The notes under the pieces were generated by a model. The model was given only the letters and a program-made list of their open reading frames with translations. It did not search any database and was not told where the DNA came from. Positions 32,654 through 49,280 of a DNA stretch of 64,000 nt are shown piece after piece. The number at the start of each line of letters is the position of its first letter. Within the stretch, counting starts at the first letter, position 1. The position numbers were made by a program, and so were the translations under genes. Origin of the DNA: the human T2T-CHM13v2.0 reference genome, Homo sapiens. The stretch is from NCBI RefSeq assembly GCF_009914755.1, contig NC_060930.1, one strand, 5' to 3'.

Positions 32654-34885
32654 TAGAGTGAGTTATATAGATTTTTAAAAATACAACCCCCCAAAATCTT
32701 AATTCAGTGCCTATTGTAAGTTAGGCTCATAAGATAATACTGAGGTACAATTCCTGACCCTGATGAACCTCTAGGCTGGTGTGTTTAAGGGGGGTAGGCC
32801 CACAAGTGGCTCAAAGACAAAGGCACAGAGAGGTTCAACAAGCCATACAAAAGGAGATTAAAGAAATGAGAATACACATCTGGGAAAACAGGAAGGGCAG
32901 CACAGAGAGGGGGCATTTGGGAAAACCCTGAAGGATGAGTTTTTTGGCAGGCAGAGATGACCACTTGATCATTCTGAGTAGAGGAAAGACCCTTCAGATA
33001 CCCAGGCATGGGAGACAGAAAGGGCAAATGGGGACCAGGAAAAAACGAGAAGCCCAACTTGATAACCACTTATGATTTTCATACACAGTTGACATAGAGA
33101 ATCCTTTACTCAGTCAATTTGATCTTATAAAGAATACCAGTATATAAAACAGATGTAAGTGGGGCTGTTCTGGTTGAAGTGAAGGTTAAGAGCTTATAAG
33201 TCACTTCCTAAGATCAATCCAAGGAGCACATGTTAAAAGATACTGGACAGGAGCACAGGACAGGGGTGGAAGGTGGGAAAGTGATAGCCTGGAAAGACCT
33301 GCAGCATTGGGAAGGGTAGGGAGGCATTAGGGTAACAGCCTGGGAAGGTGGGCTAGGACTATAATGTGGGTGCCCTGAAAGAACCGGCCCAGGTGTCATC
33401 TCCCTAGAGAGCCTTTTCCTAGTCTCTCAGATCACTAGTTACTATATTTTCTACATATAAAATCATTTGTAGTTCAATTATGTTTTCCACATTATACTGA
33501 CTATAAGGACGGCTCCTTGTATATTTTTTTGTCTTTGTGTCTGCCTAGTAGACAGACACAAAGACAAGTAGGAAATACCATTCATTGAATGATTGCTGAA
33601 TTCACACTTATTGGAGATTTAAAATGCTGTAGACAGACACAAAGGCAAATAATAAGTACCGTTTGTTGAGTGATTGCTGAATTCACACTTAAAAGTGTTT
33701 GAGCTAAGGAAGGACCTGACCTGAGATTCTCATTAGGAATATTCACTGCATTTGACAGGTTAAAGGGGAGAAAGGTAAGTTAGGGAGACCAAAAGGCGAG
33801 AAGATGTGAAGTCCTGAGCCATGGGTGCAGCTGTGGGGATGAGCGGGAGGGATGGGTGTGAGCAGCATTGTTGGAATGCATGCAGCACACAGGCTTGGGG
33901 TGAGATTGAAGATTCCTACCAGGTTGCCACCCTCAAATGCACACCCTTCAAACGTATCTTACACCTGCTACCATGCTTCTCTCCAGCCACAGAGTGTGAA
34001 GTGTTCCTCTTCCCAGTCAAGTTCAATGCCTCCCACCAACATTCTCAATCCATTTCCTTTTCTGAGGCCTTGATTCATTGGTTATCTTCTTTCCCTACTG
34101 CACTTCCAGTGTTTTTCTCCATTACCTCTTTCCACTTACAGGTACTTCCCACATTCCACTTAAGTGCAGGCTAGATTGTTTTCATCCTCTCCAGAAAGCT
34201 TAACTGAATCCTATGTGCTTCTCTGGCCAGTACCCTAATTATGACCTTTCTTTCTTATTCAGGTTTATTGAAAGGATGTTCTTTAACCCCCTAGCTCTAT
34301 ATCCTTTCATTGTAATATAGCTTGCTCTTCCACTACACCCCTGAAACTGCTCTCACTAGAGTCAGCAATGACCTCTCAATTGTTAAATCCAGAGAACATT
34401 ATTAAGATGTTATATTTGACTACTTTCCTTCATTTAATGCTCTTGGTCACTCCCTTGTCCTCAATACTCTTCTTCCTCTGCTTCTGTGACTCCGTTCTCT
34501 CCTGGATCTCTTCTACATCTTTGATTCTTCCTTCTCAATTTCCTGGAGTTGGGGGCCTCTTCTCTACCCATCTCTATCATGATGGTGTTTTCCTGGATCT
34601 TCTTTTTAGAACTCCTATTCTCTCCTTTCATATTCTCCCTTGGTGATCTCATCGACTCTTGAGGTTTAAAACCTCCAATATACTGTCAACTTTCAAATCT
34701 ACATCTCTTCATGGAACCTCTCTCCCAAGCCCCAAACTAGAGTATCTAAATGCTTCACAGATAGTGTTTGGATATCCCACAAACACCTCAACTCGGTATC
34801 AAAAGGCAACTCATTCTTCTCCCATCTAATTCTCTAGTATTTCTATTCTTGGTTAAGGTAGCACCACCTGAGTAGTAACACAGGA

Positions 34886-35238
<353 letters not shown>

Positions 35239-35989
35239 TAGATCAATCAAGCACTACCTCTTGCCAATATCACACTCTACATATTTATTGAATATGGCCC
35301 CTCTTCTCCATCCTCACTGCCTTAGTTCAAATTCTCATTATCTCACTTGTGTGACTATAATGGCCTTCTAAGTGGCCTCCATCCCTCTGGGTCCATGCCT
35401 TGCACCACTACCTCTGCCCTCAACCATATCTATCCTCCACACAGTGACCAGAGAAACTATGCCTCCTTGATTAAATCCCTTCAGTGGCTTCTTGTAGATC
35501 AAAGAGCAAAACTCAACCTCCTTAGCTAGGCATGCAAGACCTTCACTTCCTGACCCCAGCCCTCTATTCTGTCACTTCTCCTGCCCTCTATTTGAAGTAT
35601 CCTAAACATTTGGTGCTATTTCATGTCTCTCTGCTTCTACTCATATTTCTCAGAAAATTTTAACCTTACTTTACCACATCCCACCCTCCCATTTTATTTT
35701 TTTGCCTCCAAGATTCAACTCAGTCATTGTATCTTCTAGGATGTGTTTATGACTCTTGACTAAAATGCATTTTGTGACTACTTCATTATAAAATGGTATA
35801 CTGTAATACACACACACATTGCTTCTCTTACAAGTGTGAAACAACAAGAGGACTGATGACATCATAAGGGGAAATAAATGATGGAGACAATGAAAGAGTG
35901 CAGGGGAAGAAAGGGAAGGGAGTAAGAAAGGAAAGAGATGGAGAACAAATTGTGCACTGCCACCAAAGCCAAAGGAAGAGAACATTTCA

Positions 35990-36750
35990 AGAAGGAAAAA
36001 GTCACCAAAGATGTACAGATGACAAATAAGCAGAAAAGATGTTCAACACTGTTAGTCGTTAGCAAAATGCAAACTGAAACCCTATTGAGAAACCTCTACA
36101 TGCCCTTTAGAATGGTTAAAATGTAAAAGACTGACCATCTGAGTGTTGGCTAAGTTGTGGAGGACCCGGGCCTCTCACACACTGCTAATGGCAATGCAAA
36201 ATGGTGCAACCACCTTGGAAAACAGTTTGGCAGTTTCTTAAAAAAATTGAAGATATACTTACCATATGATCCAGCCATTCCTCTCCTAGGTATTTAACCA
36301 AGAGAAATGAAAGCACATGTCTATACAAACATTTTTACACAATATGTTTATAGCAGTTTTATTCATAATAGCCAAGAACTGGAAAGAATCCAAATGCCCA
36401 TCAACAAGTGAATGGATAAACAAATTGTAGTGTATCCATACGACAGAATAGTACTACTCAGCAACACAAAGAAGTAAAATATTTATATCCACAATAATAT
36501 GAAGACAAAAAAGGGCATATAATGCATGATTCCATGGATATTAAATTCTAGGAAATGCATTCTCATCTATAGTTGCAGAAAGCCAAGCAGTGATTGCTTA
36601 AGGAAGTGGTAAGGTGGGAAGGGTGGCTATGGTCATAATTTGATTGTGATGATGGTTACACAGTTGAGTACATATGCCAAAGCTAATCCAATTGAATGCT
36701 TTAAATATGTGTTGTTTCCTGAATGTCAATTATGTATCAATAAAGCTATT
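35990..36750 (+). mobile_element. Old L1ME/L1MC 3' fragment
   Basis: ccatatgatccagccattcctctcctaggtatt...ccatcaacaagtgaatggataaacaaattg. Confidence 0.75.
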
Positions 36751-36955
36751 ATTTTTAGAAGAAGAAGAAGGAATCCAATAGATTTGAATGTAGAGAGAAA
36801 ATTCGGAGGGTAGGGATTAAAATGAGGCCACAAAAACTTCTTGCTGACTCTGAGAGCAGTTCTGCTAATGAAGTCAGAGTGAAAGCTAGAGTGCCAGAGT
36901 AAAGGAGCAAGAAGAGGCTGATAGATGTGTAGAAGGAGTGTGTGTTTATTGCTCT

Positions 36956-37340
36956 TGTATTAGTCTGCTAGGGCTGCCATAACAAAATACCATGGACTAA
37001 GAGGTAGAAATTTATTTTCTCCCAGTTCTGGAGGCTGGAGGTCTGAGATCAGGGTGCCAGCATGGTTGTTTTCTGGTGAGGGCTCTCTTTCTGGCTTGTA
37101 CATGGCTGCCTTACACTGTGTGTTCACACTAAAGGATGGACAGGTGGGAAGCAAGTGAAGGAGAGCCCCGGTGTCTATTCCTCTTTTATAAGTGCAGCGC
37201 CATGTCAGACTAAGGCCCTACCCTTACGACCTCATTTACACTTTATTACTTCCCAAAGGCCCCATCTCCAAACACTGTCACTTTGGAGTTAGAAGTTCAA
37301 CATACGAGTTTTGGAGGGACACAAACATTCAGGCCATAGT
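36956..37340 (-). mobile_element. MLT1A-type MaLR LTR
   Basis: tgtattagtctgctagggctgccataacaaaatacc...gggacacaaacattcaggccatag. Confidence 0.8.
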
Positions 37341-38603
37341 AGCTCTTTAAGAATTGAGGAAGAAACTTGAAAGGGTAGGAAGATTAAAGAATAAAAAAAA
37401 ATGTGAACACATTTGTAGGAAGAGACTTGGACAAGAGGAAGCAACTGAGGATAGAGATGAGTATGAATACTGGGCATGGTTGGAATGGAGAGTGTAGGTG
37501 GTGGGTCAGGGAGTTAATGATTTAATTCAGCAGCTTCTGTGGCCCAGGCAGGCAGTAAGCTAGGTGATAGAAATAGGTGGACTCATGGAGTCCTCTCACT
37601 GCCCCATGTGATGGGGGGTGGGTGGGTGTTACCTTCTTTTTCTGGGTGAGGAAACAGGTTCTTAGAGGTTAAGAAAAAGAGACAAGATGAGCAGCTCAGT
37701 GTCAGCACTAGGATCTGATTGCAGAGCGTGTGCTTTCTTCCCTCTCCCCTCACTCATGACCTTGTAAGACCTCCCCAGTTCCCTGAACTAGCAGATGCTC
37801 CTATTTCCAAGAGACTGGGATACCTCAAGGGTCTTCAGAAAAAAATCTGGTTGAAAACCTTAGAGTTTTTTACCTAGGATCTTTTTTCTTTTTCTCCTTA
37901 TGTCTCCTATGGTAATTCTGCTATGGGTAACTCCTTGTGTCTTTCACTGAAGAATGATCTTTCCTTCAAAGCTTTAACCTTTTTCTTTTAGTGAGTAGTT
38001 TAGAAAAATATAAATGAGTTCCATCCAACATGCCCCGCAGCTCCATAGCCAATGGAGCTGGAATATTGGAAGACATGAATTTCCCTTTTATTTCCCCATT
38101 CCTCATTCCCTTCTCCCTGCTTCTCCTCTTTTTCTCCGTCTCCCTTCTCCCTCCCTTCTTTGTCATTATGTTGTGCATGGTGGCATATAAAGCCCACCTC
38201 CATCTGCCTAGGTGCCCTGTGGGAACTTTTCAGATCTTGTAGCCGTGAAAACTATTATCGGTATTCCTTGAAAGACCACTATATACAGAGCACACTATCT
38301 AGCCACTTTGTAGAATGGAGATCTTTTTCTCAGAGCACTTTAGACAACTGCACTCTCTTCCGAAAATAATCACACTTAGTGCCTCACCTCTTAATTGTGC
38401 AAAGTGGTATCTCTCCTCCTCCACTCCACTCTTTTCCCTTTCCGTCTCCTCCCCTCCTCTTCTCTTCTTTCTACTCCCCTGTCACATGTACCCAGGCCTT
38501 TACATGTGTTGGGGATCAGTTGTGGCTGTGAGATCATTTTACAGCAGTGCTTCAGGACTTATATGCCCAAAAATTTAATTTACTTTGGTTTAAAATATTT
38601 TAG

Positions 38604-38761
38604 GAAATAAGTTCAGATCTGAGAAATCATGGTGGAATGGGCCCAACCAGAAGAAGATATTCCAGAATTGTGAATGGCATAGACAGCTCGCTGATAGCCC
38701 CAACTCCAAAAGTCCCAGATACACTTACTCATTCTCCAGAAAGATTTCAGGCTACCAAAAG
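38604..38761 (+). pseudogene. CCDC162P: CCDC162P exon (0-2) EISSDLRNHGGMGPTRRR...ERFQATK
   Basis: attttag acceptor, AG|gtactg donor, 158 nt open, supplies exactly the 0-to-2 phase bridge needed. Confidence 0.72.
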
Positions 38762-39132
38762 GTACTGTACCTGGTGAGATGGAAGGAGGAATACTACTTA
38801 GAATAACAAAAGTGTCCTCTTTTAAGTCAATTAATAAATAGTATTGGGGGGATTGAAGGAGTCTAAACTCTCAGAGTGACTAGCATCTTATATAAAGACC
38901 TTGTATGAATACTGAGAGGGCTCAGCTCCTTCCAATATACTCCAGTCAATAAAGGACAGTGAACAGTTCCTCATTTTAACCCCTTCTCTTTTTCCTCCCC
39001 TCTTCTCTTTTCTCTTTCACTTCCCTTCTTCTCTCTCTGTATATTTTTCAGACTGCAAAGAGTGTATATCACAAGGAAGGCCTTTCCAAATTCTCCAAAT
39101 CTATTTAAATTGAGAAGCACAGAACTGCCCTA

Positions 39133-39793
<661 letters not shown>

Positions 39794-40503
39794 TGAATTA
39801 TTGTCAGAGAGGCACGACCTCTCCAGAGACATGTCTATAAATCAGAGATGCCCTATTCTGTCTGGATCTCTTTTCACCATGACAGAGAAAGAGAGACATT
39901 CATACTCTATAGTATGAATTACTTTGTAATACTCTGTATGATACTCTGTCTGAATACTCTGTAAATCATACTCTGTAGTATGATTAGTCTGAGTATTTTA
40001 TCAGGGCCTACCAATGACACTGTACTTGAATTCTGGCAAATTTAGAATAAAAAATAATAACAGGCAAAGCAACTCTACTACTCAAGATGCTGTTAATCTG
40101 ACATATGGCCAGAGTTCAAGTGCATTAAAGTCCACATTTCCAATGTGTGGATGGACGATTTAAGACCAATATGTCTAGTCAAGAGGACCCTTGGGAGGCC
40201 ACTTCAATCTAGATATCCTTAGAGTCAAGTCGAGGAGAATGCAAAGGGAGATGGGTAGTACAAATACTGGGCTTAGAACTGAGAAAGGACTGCTGAAGCA
40301 TGCTTCAGGCACAGAGGGTCCCCAAGCAGGATGGTGACACATCTGCATCCCTGGTGAATAATCAGAAACACCTGAAGCAGGCAAGAACCATGGAGGCACA
40401 GCCACCTGCCCTCCTGCTGCAATGCCCAGTATACACCTTGTCTTTCTGATCCATGTCCATATACCTCCTGCCTTGGGCTCCCATGTTTCTGTTCACTTGT
40501 CGG

Positions 40504-40615
40504 GGCTCCAGAGGCCTTTGTGTCTATTCAACTGGAAAAGGTGGGGCTGCGGGACATGATGCTGAACACCTTCCTCCTGAGGAAACAAACCATGGCCGAC
40601 AGAACGAAGAGCCCT
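40504..40615 (+). pseudogene. CCDC162P: CCDC162P exon (2-0) APEAFVSIQLEKVGLRDMMLNTFLLRKQTMADRTKSP, with mutated acceptor (cgg)
   Basis: open frame, CCT|gtgagt donor; upstream pyrimidine tract ends in ttgtcgg instead of ttgtcag. Confidence 0.75.
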
Positions 40616-41497
40616 GTGAGTGTGTAGTGAGAAATGCTGCCTAAAGCTCTGGTCCTCTTTTGCATCTGAGCAAATGAAAATTCTTCACTTGGAATCTGGT
40701 GATCTGATGCTTTCAACCTATTTGGCTAGGACTGTTGAAAATATATTGTAAAGAAGTGAAAAGGGAAGTTCAATAAGAAGTAGAAAGGAATCAGTTCAAG
40801 TGGATTACAGTCATGCTTTAAAAATGTATGCATTTTCCCAATGCCGCATTTTGTTTTGTCACTTTCTAAATGAACTAGTTTCAGCACCTGCACTGGAACA
40901 TTAGCCTACTCTTGAGTGACCCACAGGGGTTCGGGGATTAGACAAGGTAAGCAATGGCTCTTAACCATCTGGTCACCTGATAACCATCTGGTTATCTTGG
41001 TTTTTCAGACACTACCACTATGTTTGTATTTAAAGTTTTTATATTAGCCTAATCTATTGAAAAATACTAAAACTCAAAACTTTAATCAGTAAAAATTATT
41101 CCTTAATTTTGTGAATATCATTTCATTATTAATTTTTTGATGAGAAAATCATTATGGTAATACATTGTTATTTAGGAGAAGAATGACAAGATTTATAATT
41201 CTAGGCTTTCTTCCCTGCTTGTGACTTTAAAGGAAAGACTTAAATTTACCTAATCTAGTTCTACAGATGGGATATGACGAGGGCCAGCAATTACTGCTCA
41301 GCCATAATAGAAGCAAAGGGTCCCTTCTAATAAGCAATTCTCAAAAAATATCGACCAAGTGGAAAAAATATAATCATTCATGAACTGCCCTTCAGGATTA
41401 TTCAACACCTATCAGATCAGAAAGAGCTCAGGCAATATAATTACCTGTATTAATTTTGTCAGGGTCTGGGGACTACTTACTGGCTAATAAGTTAACC

Positions 41498-41875
41498 TGT
41501 TACCGTTCCATGGATGCTGGCAGAAGGCACACAAGACTCCTTTGTCAGAGACAAAGAATTTTATTATGCACAGCAGAGTAGGCAATGTGATCTTCATGTT
41601 CGTGTCAGTCCCACGGGGACAGTGTGGAGGAGCCTACATGCAGGTAGTGGCTTGTGTCACAAGTGAAAAGCACTGAGCTTGGGGAACCCACCTCTTTTAT
41701 AATAAGCCTGCTCTTTTTCCTGGAGAGAGACATTACCTTATCACTGAAGATTGCTTTCTGCAAACACAACCCTGAGAAATGGTTGTGAGGTAAAGTGTGG
41801 TCAGGGACTTGCATCCTTGGCATACTCAGCAAGATGGGTAGGAGCGGGAGAGAGACACAGGAGTGCCTCCCAACA
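41498..41875 (-). mobile_element. ERVL-class solo LTR (LTR40/47-like)
   Basis: minus strand begins TGTTGGGAGGCACTCC, has TATAAAA and AATAAA, ends ...TAACA. Confidence 0.55.
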
Positions 41876-42012
41876 AGCTTAACCCAGAAAGAATGTCTCA
41901 GCTCTGTAGCCTTTTCCTGCTTGAAGTCTGCTTTAAGTTTGTACACATGTACTAGGGTGGGGAGTTCTTATAGCCAATTGTCTACTAAAACTATCATTCT
42001 CCTTTATCACAG

Positions 42013-42062
42013 GATGAAATTGGAAAAGTCAAGAGAGATGTTATGGTTGAATATTGTCAGAA
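42013..42062 (+). pseudogene. CCDC162P: CCDC162P exon (0-2) DEIGKVKRDVMVEYCQ
   Basis: tttatcacag acceptor, AA|gtaagt donor, 50 nt. Confidence 0.82.
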
Positions 42063-42378
42063 GTAAGTATAGTATATGTGAATAACACACGCTGATTTCT
42101 CTGACTCTGAATGTAATAAGTGGCAGTTTTATTGGGTAAAACCAAGTTAAACTGTGCTTTGACATGCAGAGAAGCATCGGAAGTGAAGGATAGGGGTCAT
42201 TAGGAAGGGGTTCATGCCTCTGCCTTCAGGCAACAGCCACCTGACCCAAATGGAAATTCCTTCTTGATAGAAGTACTCTCTCCTTGAAAAGTCCTCCAGG
42301 GATGTAGATTCTGGAGCTTCTGTGAGAGGTGGAAGAATTTGGATTCTCCTTCTGGACATCCTCTCTTCTGACTTTCAG

Positions 42379-42555
42379 GTTTAACCACCGCATGTCTCAC
42401 TATGCTCTTCGGGGTCAGATCATGGCATACTGCAATAGCCTGAGAGATCTTCTGGAAGATTTTCCTACCATCAGGGACACCTTTTTCATGGTAGGGCAAC
42501 CACAAGAGAAGAAGGGGTTGAGAGACTCCAAGGAGGGCCTCAAGGCTGACCCCAG
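42379..42555 (+). pseudogene. CCDC162P: CCDC162P exon (2-2) FNHRMSHYALRGQIMAYCNSL...GLKADP
   Basis: ctgactttcag acceptor, AG|gtgcgt donor, 177 nt. Confidence 0.87.
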
Positions 42556-44406
42556 GTGCGTAATTTGCTTCAGTGTTTATTACTCTCCTTCCCTGGCCCT
42601 ACTTCTCCCTGGGGAGAGGCATGTTAAGTTTAATATTAAACCTTTGCTCCCTTTACTGCACTTGACCTTGATCTTCTTGTCCAAAAGGGCAAAAGGAAGA
42701 GTTAATACTCCAAGAATAAGAGTATCTTTGTATTTGAACCCAAAAGGGGTTCTTTGTTTATAGGCTGTTTGACTGCTTTTTCAATCTCTTCGTCTGATGA
42801 CTGAGGAAATTGAAGAAGCAGCTCTCTGAAGTTAAACATGTTATGATTCTTGGGGCTAAGTTATCTAGAGCATGATTGCAAGGAATAGGACTGCTGAAGA
42901 AATACTTTATGGAAAGGGGCCATTTTTAAGACTGCTCAGGACATGGCAAATAGGAATCATCCCTAGCCAGAGTTAACTAGAGATGAAGGGACAGAGTTGA
43001 GGAATGAGGGCCATAGAGGAAAGAGGTCCTCATCTCATTCATAAAATAAGGGGTTGAGTTAGAATGAAGATAAGAAATAAGGTTTATTCTAAATGTCAGT
43101 TCAAACAATGCATTAGTGGCCCTGCTGAGGATTCTGAGGCATCTCAAGTTTGTGAGAGTAATTGTAATTGATTGGCAATGTCTGCCATGCTCAAGGAAAG
43201 GCAGAAAGGTAATTTCCATGCTATGGGTTTGCCATCCTTGACTAGAAGAGCCCGTAAAATTCTATAATCCTACTTAATTCTGCAAAGGCTGTAATGTAGT
43301 GTGTTTGGTTTAGCAAAGATACCCCTGTCCCGGTAGAGGAGGAGCAAAGGGGAGCCCTCTTCCTAAGCAGGAAGTCCCTTGAGGCTTCCATTCCCTTCAT
43401 GGCCCAGAGGAGACTGGAGTCTGGGGCCTAGGATGACACTTCAGTCCACTCCAGGAGAAGCTGCATTTGCTGATGAACAGAGAGAGGATGCTAAGATTAA
43501 TTGAGCTCTTACTTTGTGACAGGTAGAGCCACTGTCATCCCATACAGCTACTTTGTGCAAATTAGAAGGCAGCACCCCTTCCTCTGGGCAGGTGTGGTCT
43601 CATCCCAGGGAAAAGCCTCTAGCAAGTGAAGTACAGGTTGGATCTTGGCCATCGCTTGTTGCCTCAGGGTACAACCTGAACAACAGTATATGGCAGCCTT
43701 GGTATCAAGTGCTGGTCCTTCCGCAGCAATGGGAAATAGGTAATTACAGTACACTGTGATAAAGAATAAAGTAAAATAAATGTTTAATGAAAGCACCCAC
43801 CAAGAAACAGTATTATCTGAAGGATTGGGTTGATGGAGATGGGGAGCAAAAAAGGCTCCAGGGAAGAGGGGATGCTTAATGTGGGTCTTGAATGACAACT
43901 AGTGCTCCAGGGAGACAGGGAAAAGAAATTCAGCTCAAGCTGGGAGAATCACATGTGCAAAGGAACAGAGGTGTGAGACAGCATGTGGACTTGTGTGGGA
44001 CTCATATCCAGAGTATGTGAGGGCAGCAATGGGAAGTAGAACGTATCGAAGGGTGAGGAAAGAGCCAGAAGGCTGTGTTTGTCCTTCAGGTCACTGGGAG
44101 AAGTGGAGCAAGATGATTGTCAGTGACATTATGTAGGAAGCTACTAAAATTGTACAGACAAGAGACGGTTAGAAGGTGAAATCAGCTAGGCCAGATGGCG
44201 GATATAATAAGAAGCTGAGGGAGACGGAGGAATCTAGGATGTCACTCAGAATCTCTGGCTTGGGTGGATGAAAAGATAGCAGTGCCATTATTGTTTAATG
44301 GACACAGACTTTCAGTTTTGGAAGATGAAAAAAGTCCTGGAGATGGATGGTAGCGATAGTTGCACAACCCTGTGAATGTACTCAGTTCCACGGAACTATA
44401 CACTTA

Positions 44407-44730
<324 letters not shown>

Positions 44731-44949
44731 TCAGTGAGCTCCAAGCAAGTTTTGGGGACTTCCCAAAACCAACGAAAACTTCAACTAAAAGTAGAATTTC
44801 AAAGTACTGTAATTTAGTTAGCAACCAACCCCCCACATCAAACATGAACATCAATGTCTGTACTGAACAGCCTCATATGCTGGACACAAAATTTGTGTTA
44901 TCGACCTGAATGTTACCAAGGATTCACGATTTCTGGCATCCATCGGTTT

Positions 44950-45280
<331 letters not shown>

Positions 45281-45287
45281 TAATTTA

Positions 45288-45662
<375 letters not shown>

Positions 45663-45673
45663 TCAAGTAGTCA

Positions 45674-45916
<243 letters not shown>

Positions 45917-45962
45917 CTAGGCCAGTTACATCCCAAGATGTGTCCTCCAAAGAAGCCGATCA

Positions 45963-47060
<1,098 letters not shown>

Positions 47061-47291
47061 GTCGCTTAACTAATCTGAAATGTGTTGGTGGCATGCTTGG
47101 CCTCTCAGGAGGTTCAGCAAATACAACGAACACTTCTTCAAGGCCATCAAATGCGTGCCTGTTCTGTGGGACTCGCAATGTATTGGGAGAATTTGAGTGT
47201 TTCTCCCCACAACACATAAACGGCACAGAAATTCCACGTGTCGTGAGTAACAGATTTTACCTTTCTTGCAGTCCACCCAGTAGCAGTTTGA

Positions 47292-47395
47292 GGTCAGACA
47301 GGTAATGCGACGACGTTGTAACAAGGTTCGAGAATAGCACATCTCACACACACGTGTGAACACCCAATCATCAGGCTCATGAACTACAAAAGAAT
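47292..47395 (-). ncRNA. U13 (SNORD13) snoRNA pseudogene copy, 104 nt
   Basis: reverse complement ATTCTTTTGTAGTTCATGAGCCTGATGATTGGGTGTTCA...GAACCTTGTTACAACG...ATTACCTGTCTGACC matches U13 (box C TGATGA, box D CTGA). Confidence 0.9.
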
Positions 47396-47409
47396 CCTCA
47401 AGCCTTTTA

Positions 47410-47449
47410 AATAAACTTCCACTCCTGCTCTGAAAAAAACAAAAACAAA
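47410..47449 (+). terminator. Polyadenylation signal and relic poly(A) tail of the retrocopy
   Basis: AATAAA 47410-47415; A-rich tail from 47433. Confidence 0.85.
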
Positions 47450-49169
47450 AACAGGCTAAAACGGTAAATTTTGTGTTATGCATATTTTACCACAATTTCT
47501 TAATGGAGGGGAAAAGATGGCAATGTCATTGGGACAAAGGGATATGGAGGGAGATGAGAAATCACAGCTCAGAAGCCTCAGCTGTGAATTTCTTCCACCA
47601 GCCTCCCAACAAGGCTCAGGTGCTTCTTGTTGGGCGTCCTCTGCACTGTCATAGGCTTCCATTAGCCATGCTGCTACCACAGTGTCATGGTTCCCAGCTG
47701 CCTCTGGAAGGTAGGAGCATGGAGGGGAGAGGCTGTCTTCATTTTGTATCCAAGGTGTGCACCTCTGACTTTGACCCTGGTTGAAAGGGAGGGTATGTGT
47801 GTATTAGGGGTGGGGGTTGGGGAAATAGGCCATCAGGAAAGGGAGGGAGTTCCAGCAGTGGCCTTTAATTTGATCATGAAATAGCAGACCATGTCATCAT
47901 CTGCTGGCAGGAATTTGGTATGGGGGCCTTAAAGAAGGCTTGGAATTATGAAACAAGAAGATGGGCACGAGAGCTGATCAAAGGAAAGGAAAAGGATTGT
48001 TCCAGGGTGACATACCTCAGGCTGGAAACCATTTCCATCAGTATAATTAGCAGTGTGATTTCCTCCAGCTGTGCTTAGCAGCATGACATCAGAAACAGCA
48101 AGCTGAGTGGTTGGAGGGACCCAGAACTGGGGCTTTGATAGGTAGGTGGGTTGTGAGTACAAAGCAGCAGAGAATTGAAGGTGCTGGGGAGAGAGTGGTT
48201 CGCATGCTTGACTGTGAGATCCAGTCTGGGTAGGGAAGGGAGTGAGGTCAGAAAGGAGCTGACAGATGGAAGGGGAGACCAGAGGACTGGATGATGTCAA
48301 GGGACCTATTTTGGGGGAATAAAGGAAGGGAAGTTTAGTGAGAGTGGATGACTCAGAAAACTGGAGGAATAAAATATGGAGCTGGGAAAGTTAAGACTTT
48401 GGAGGTGATATGGTTTCAGAGGATAATAAAGTCTTGGGTGTGGCCCAGAAGTGGTCAGCTGAAGGGGAATGAAAGGGGACAGTGTTGAGCAGGTTGGGGA
48501 ACTGCCAGGCCAGATAATTGGCAGGCCATCCACAAGGGGCAGGGGCAAGTCTGCTTGTGGGGCTGAGAACCAGGCTATGCTTCATGTACTGAGCACCTAA
48601 AGCTTTCTGCAGTCATCTCTGCTCTTCTCAGCCGACGGCTGCTCACTGCAGGCAGGACTGGAAATGGCAGGAAATAACAGATAAGAAGTAAAGGATAGCA
48701 CTTGGTAGACAGCCCAGTGGCTCCAGGGACACATGTGCTTCTCAGAGGCCAAGGAAGGACTGGTTCAGTCCTTGCTGCTAGCAGCACCTGCCAGCATGTG
48801 GATTGCAGTCCCATGTGCCTGGATGCAGACCCTGCAACTTTTTAGTTTTGATATTCATTGTTACCTCTGGGCAGGAATGAGCATGGTGAACTGAATAATA
48901 GAGATGAGACTGGATTACGCTGGTTTTGATCTGTTTCAGGACAGGAATTGTTTGACTTTGTGGTTGCTAAAAGAAAGGCAATTCTCCAAACTAAGACCAT
49001 ACTTTATTCCTGAGTTTAGAATTAACTGATTAAAATCCTGAGACTTATGTTTATTGTAGCACTATTCACAACAACCAAGATATAGAATCAACCTAATAAC
49101 CCACAAATCAGTCATTTGCAGCAGCACGGATGCACCAAGGATTTTCCACCAAAAAAAACAAGGCATTGA

Positions 49170-49280
49170 TAAATGTAAAATTAATCAATTTTAATTATTT
49201 AAATTAAATAAATTAATTAAATATAAATAAATAAATTAAATAAATAATTTAATCAAATTTAATTATTTAAAATTAATCAT
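49170..49280. repeat. AT-rich low-complexity tract
   Basis: directly visible. Confidence 0.8.

Noticed and set aside
40180-40400. Possible extra exon before 40504
   Set aside because: Stops in the candidate frame, no convincing GT donor, and phases already close with 38604-38761.
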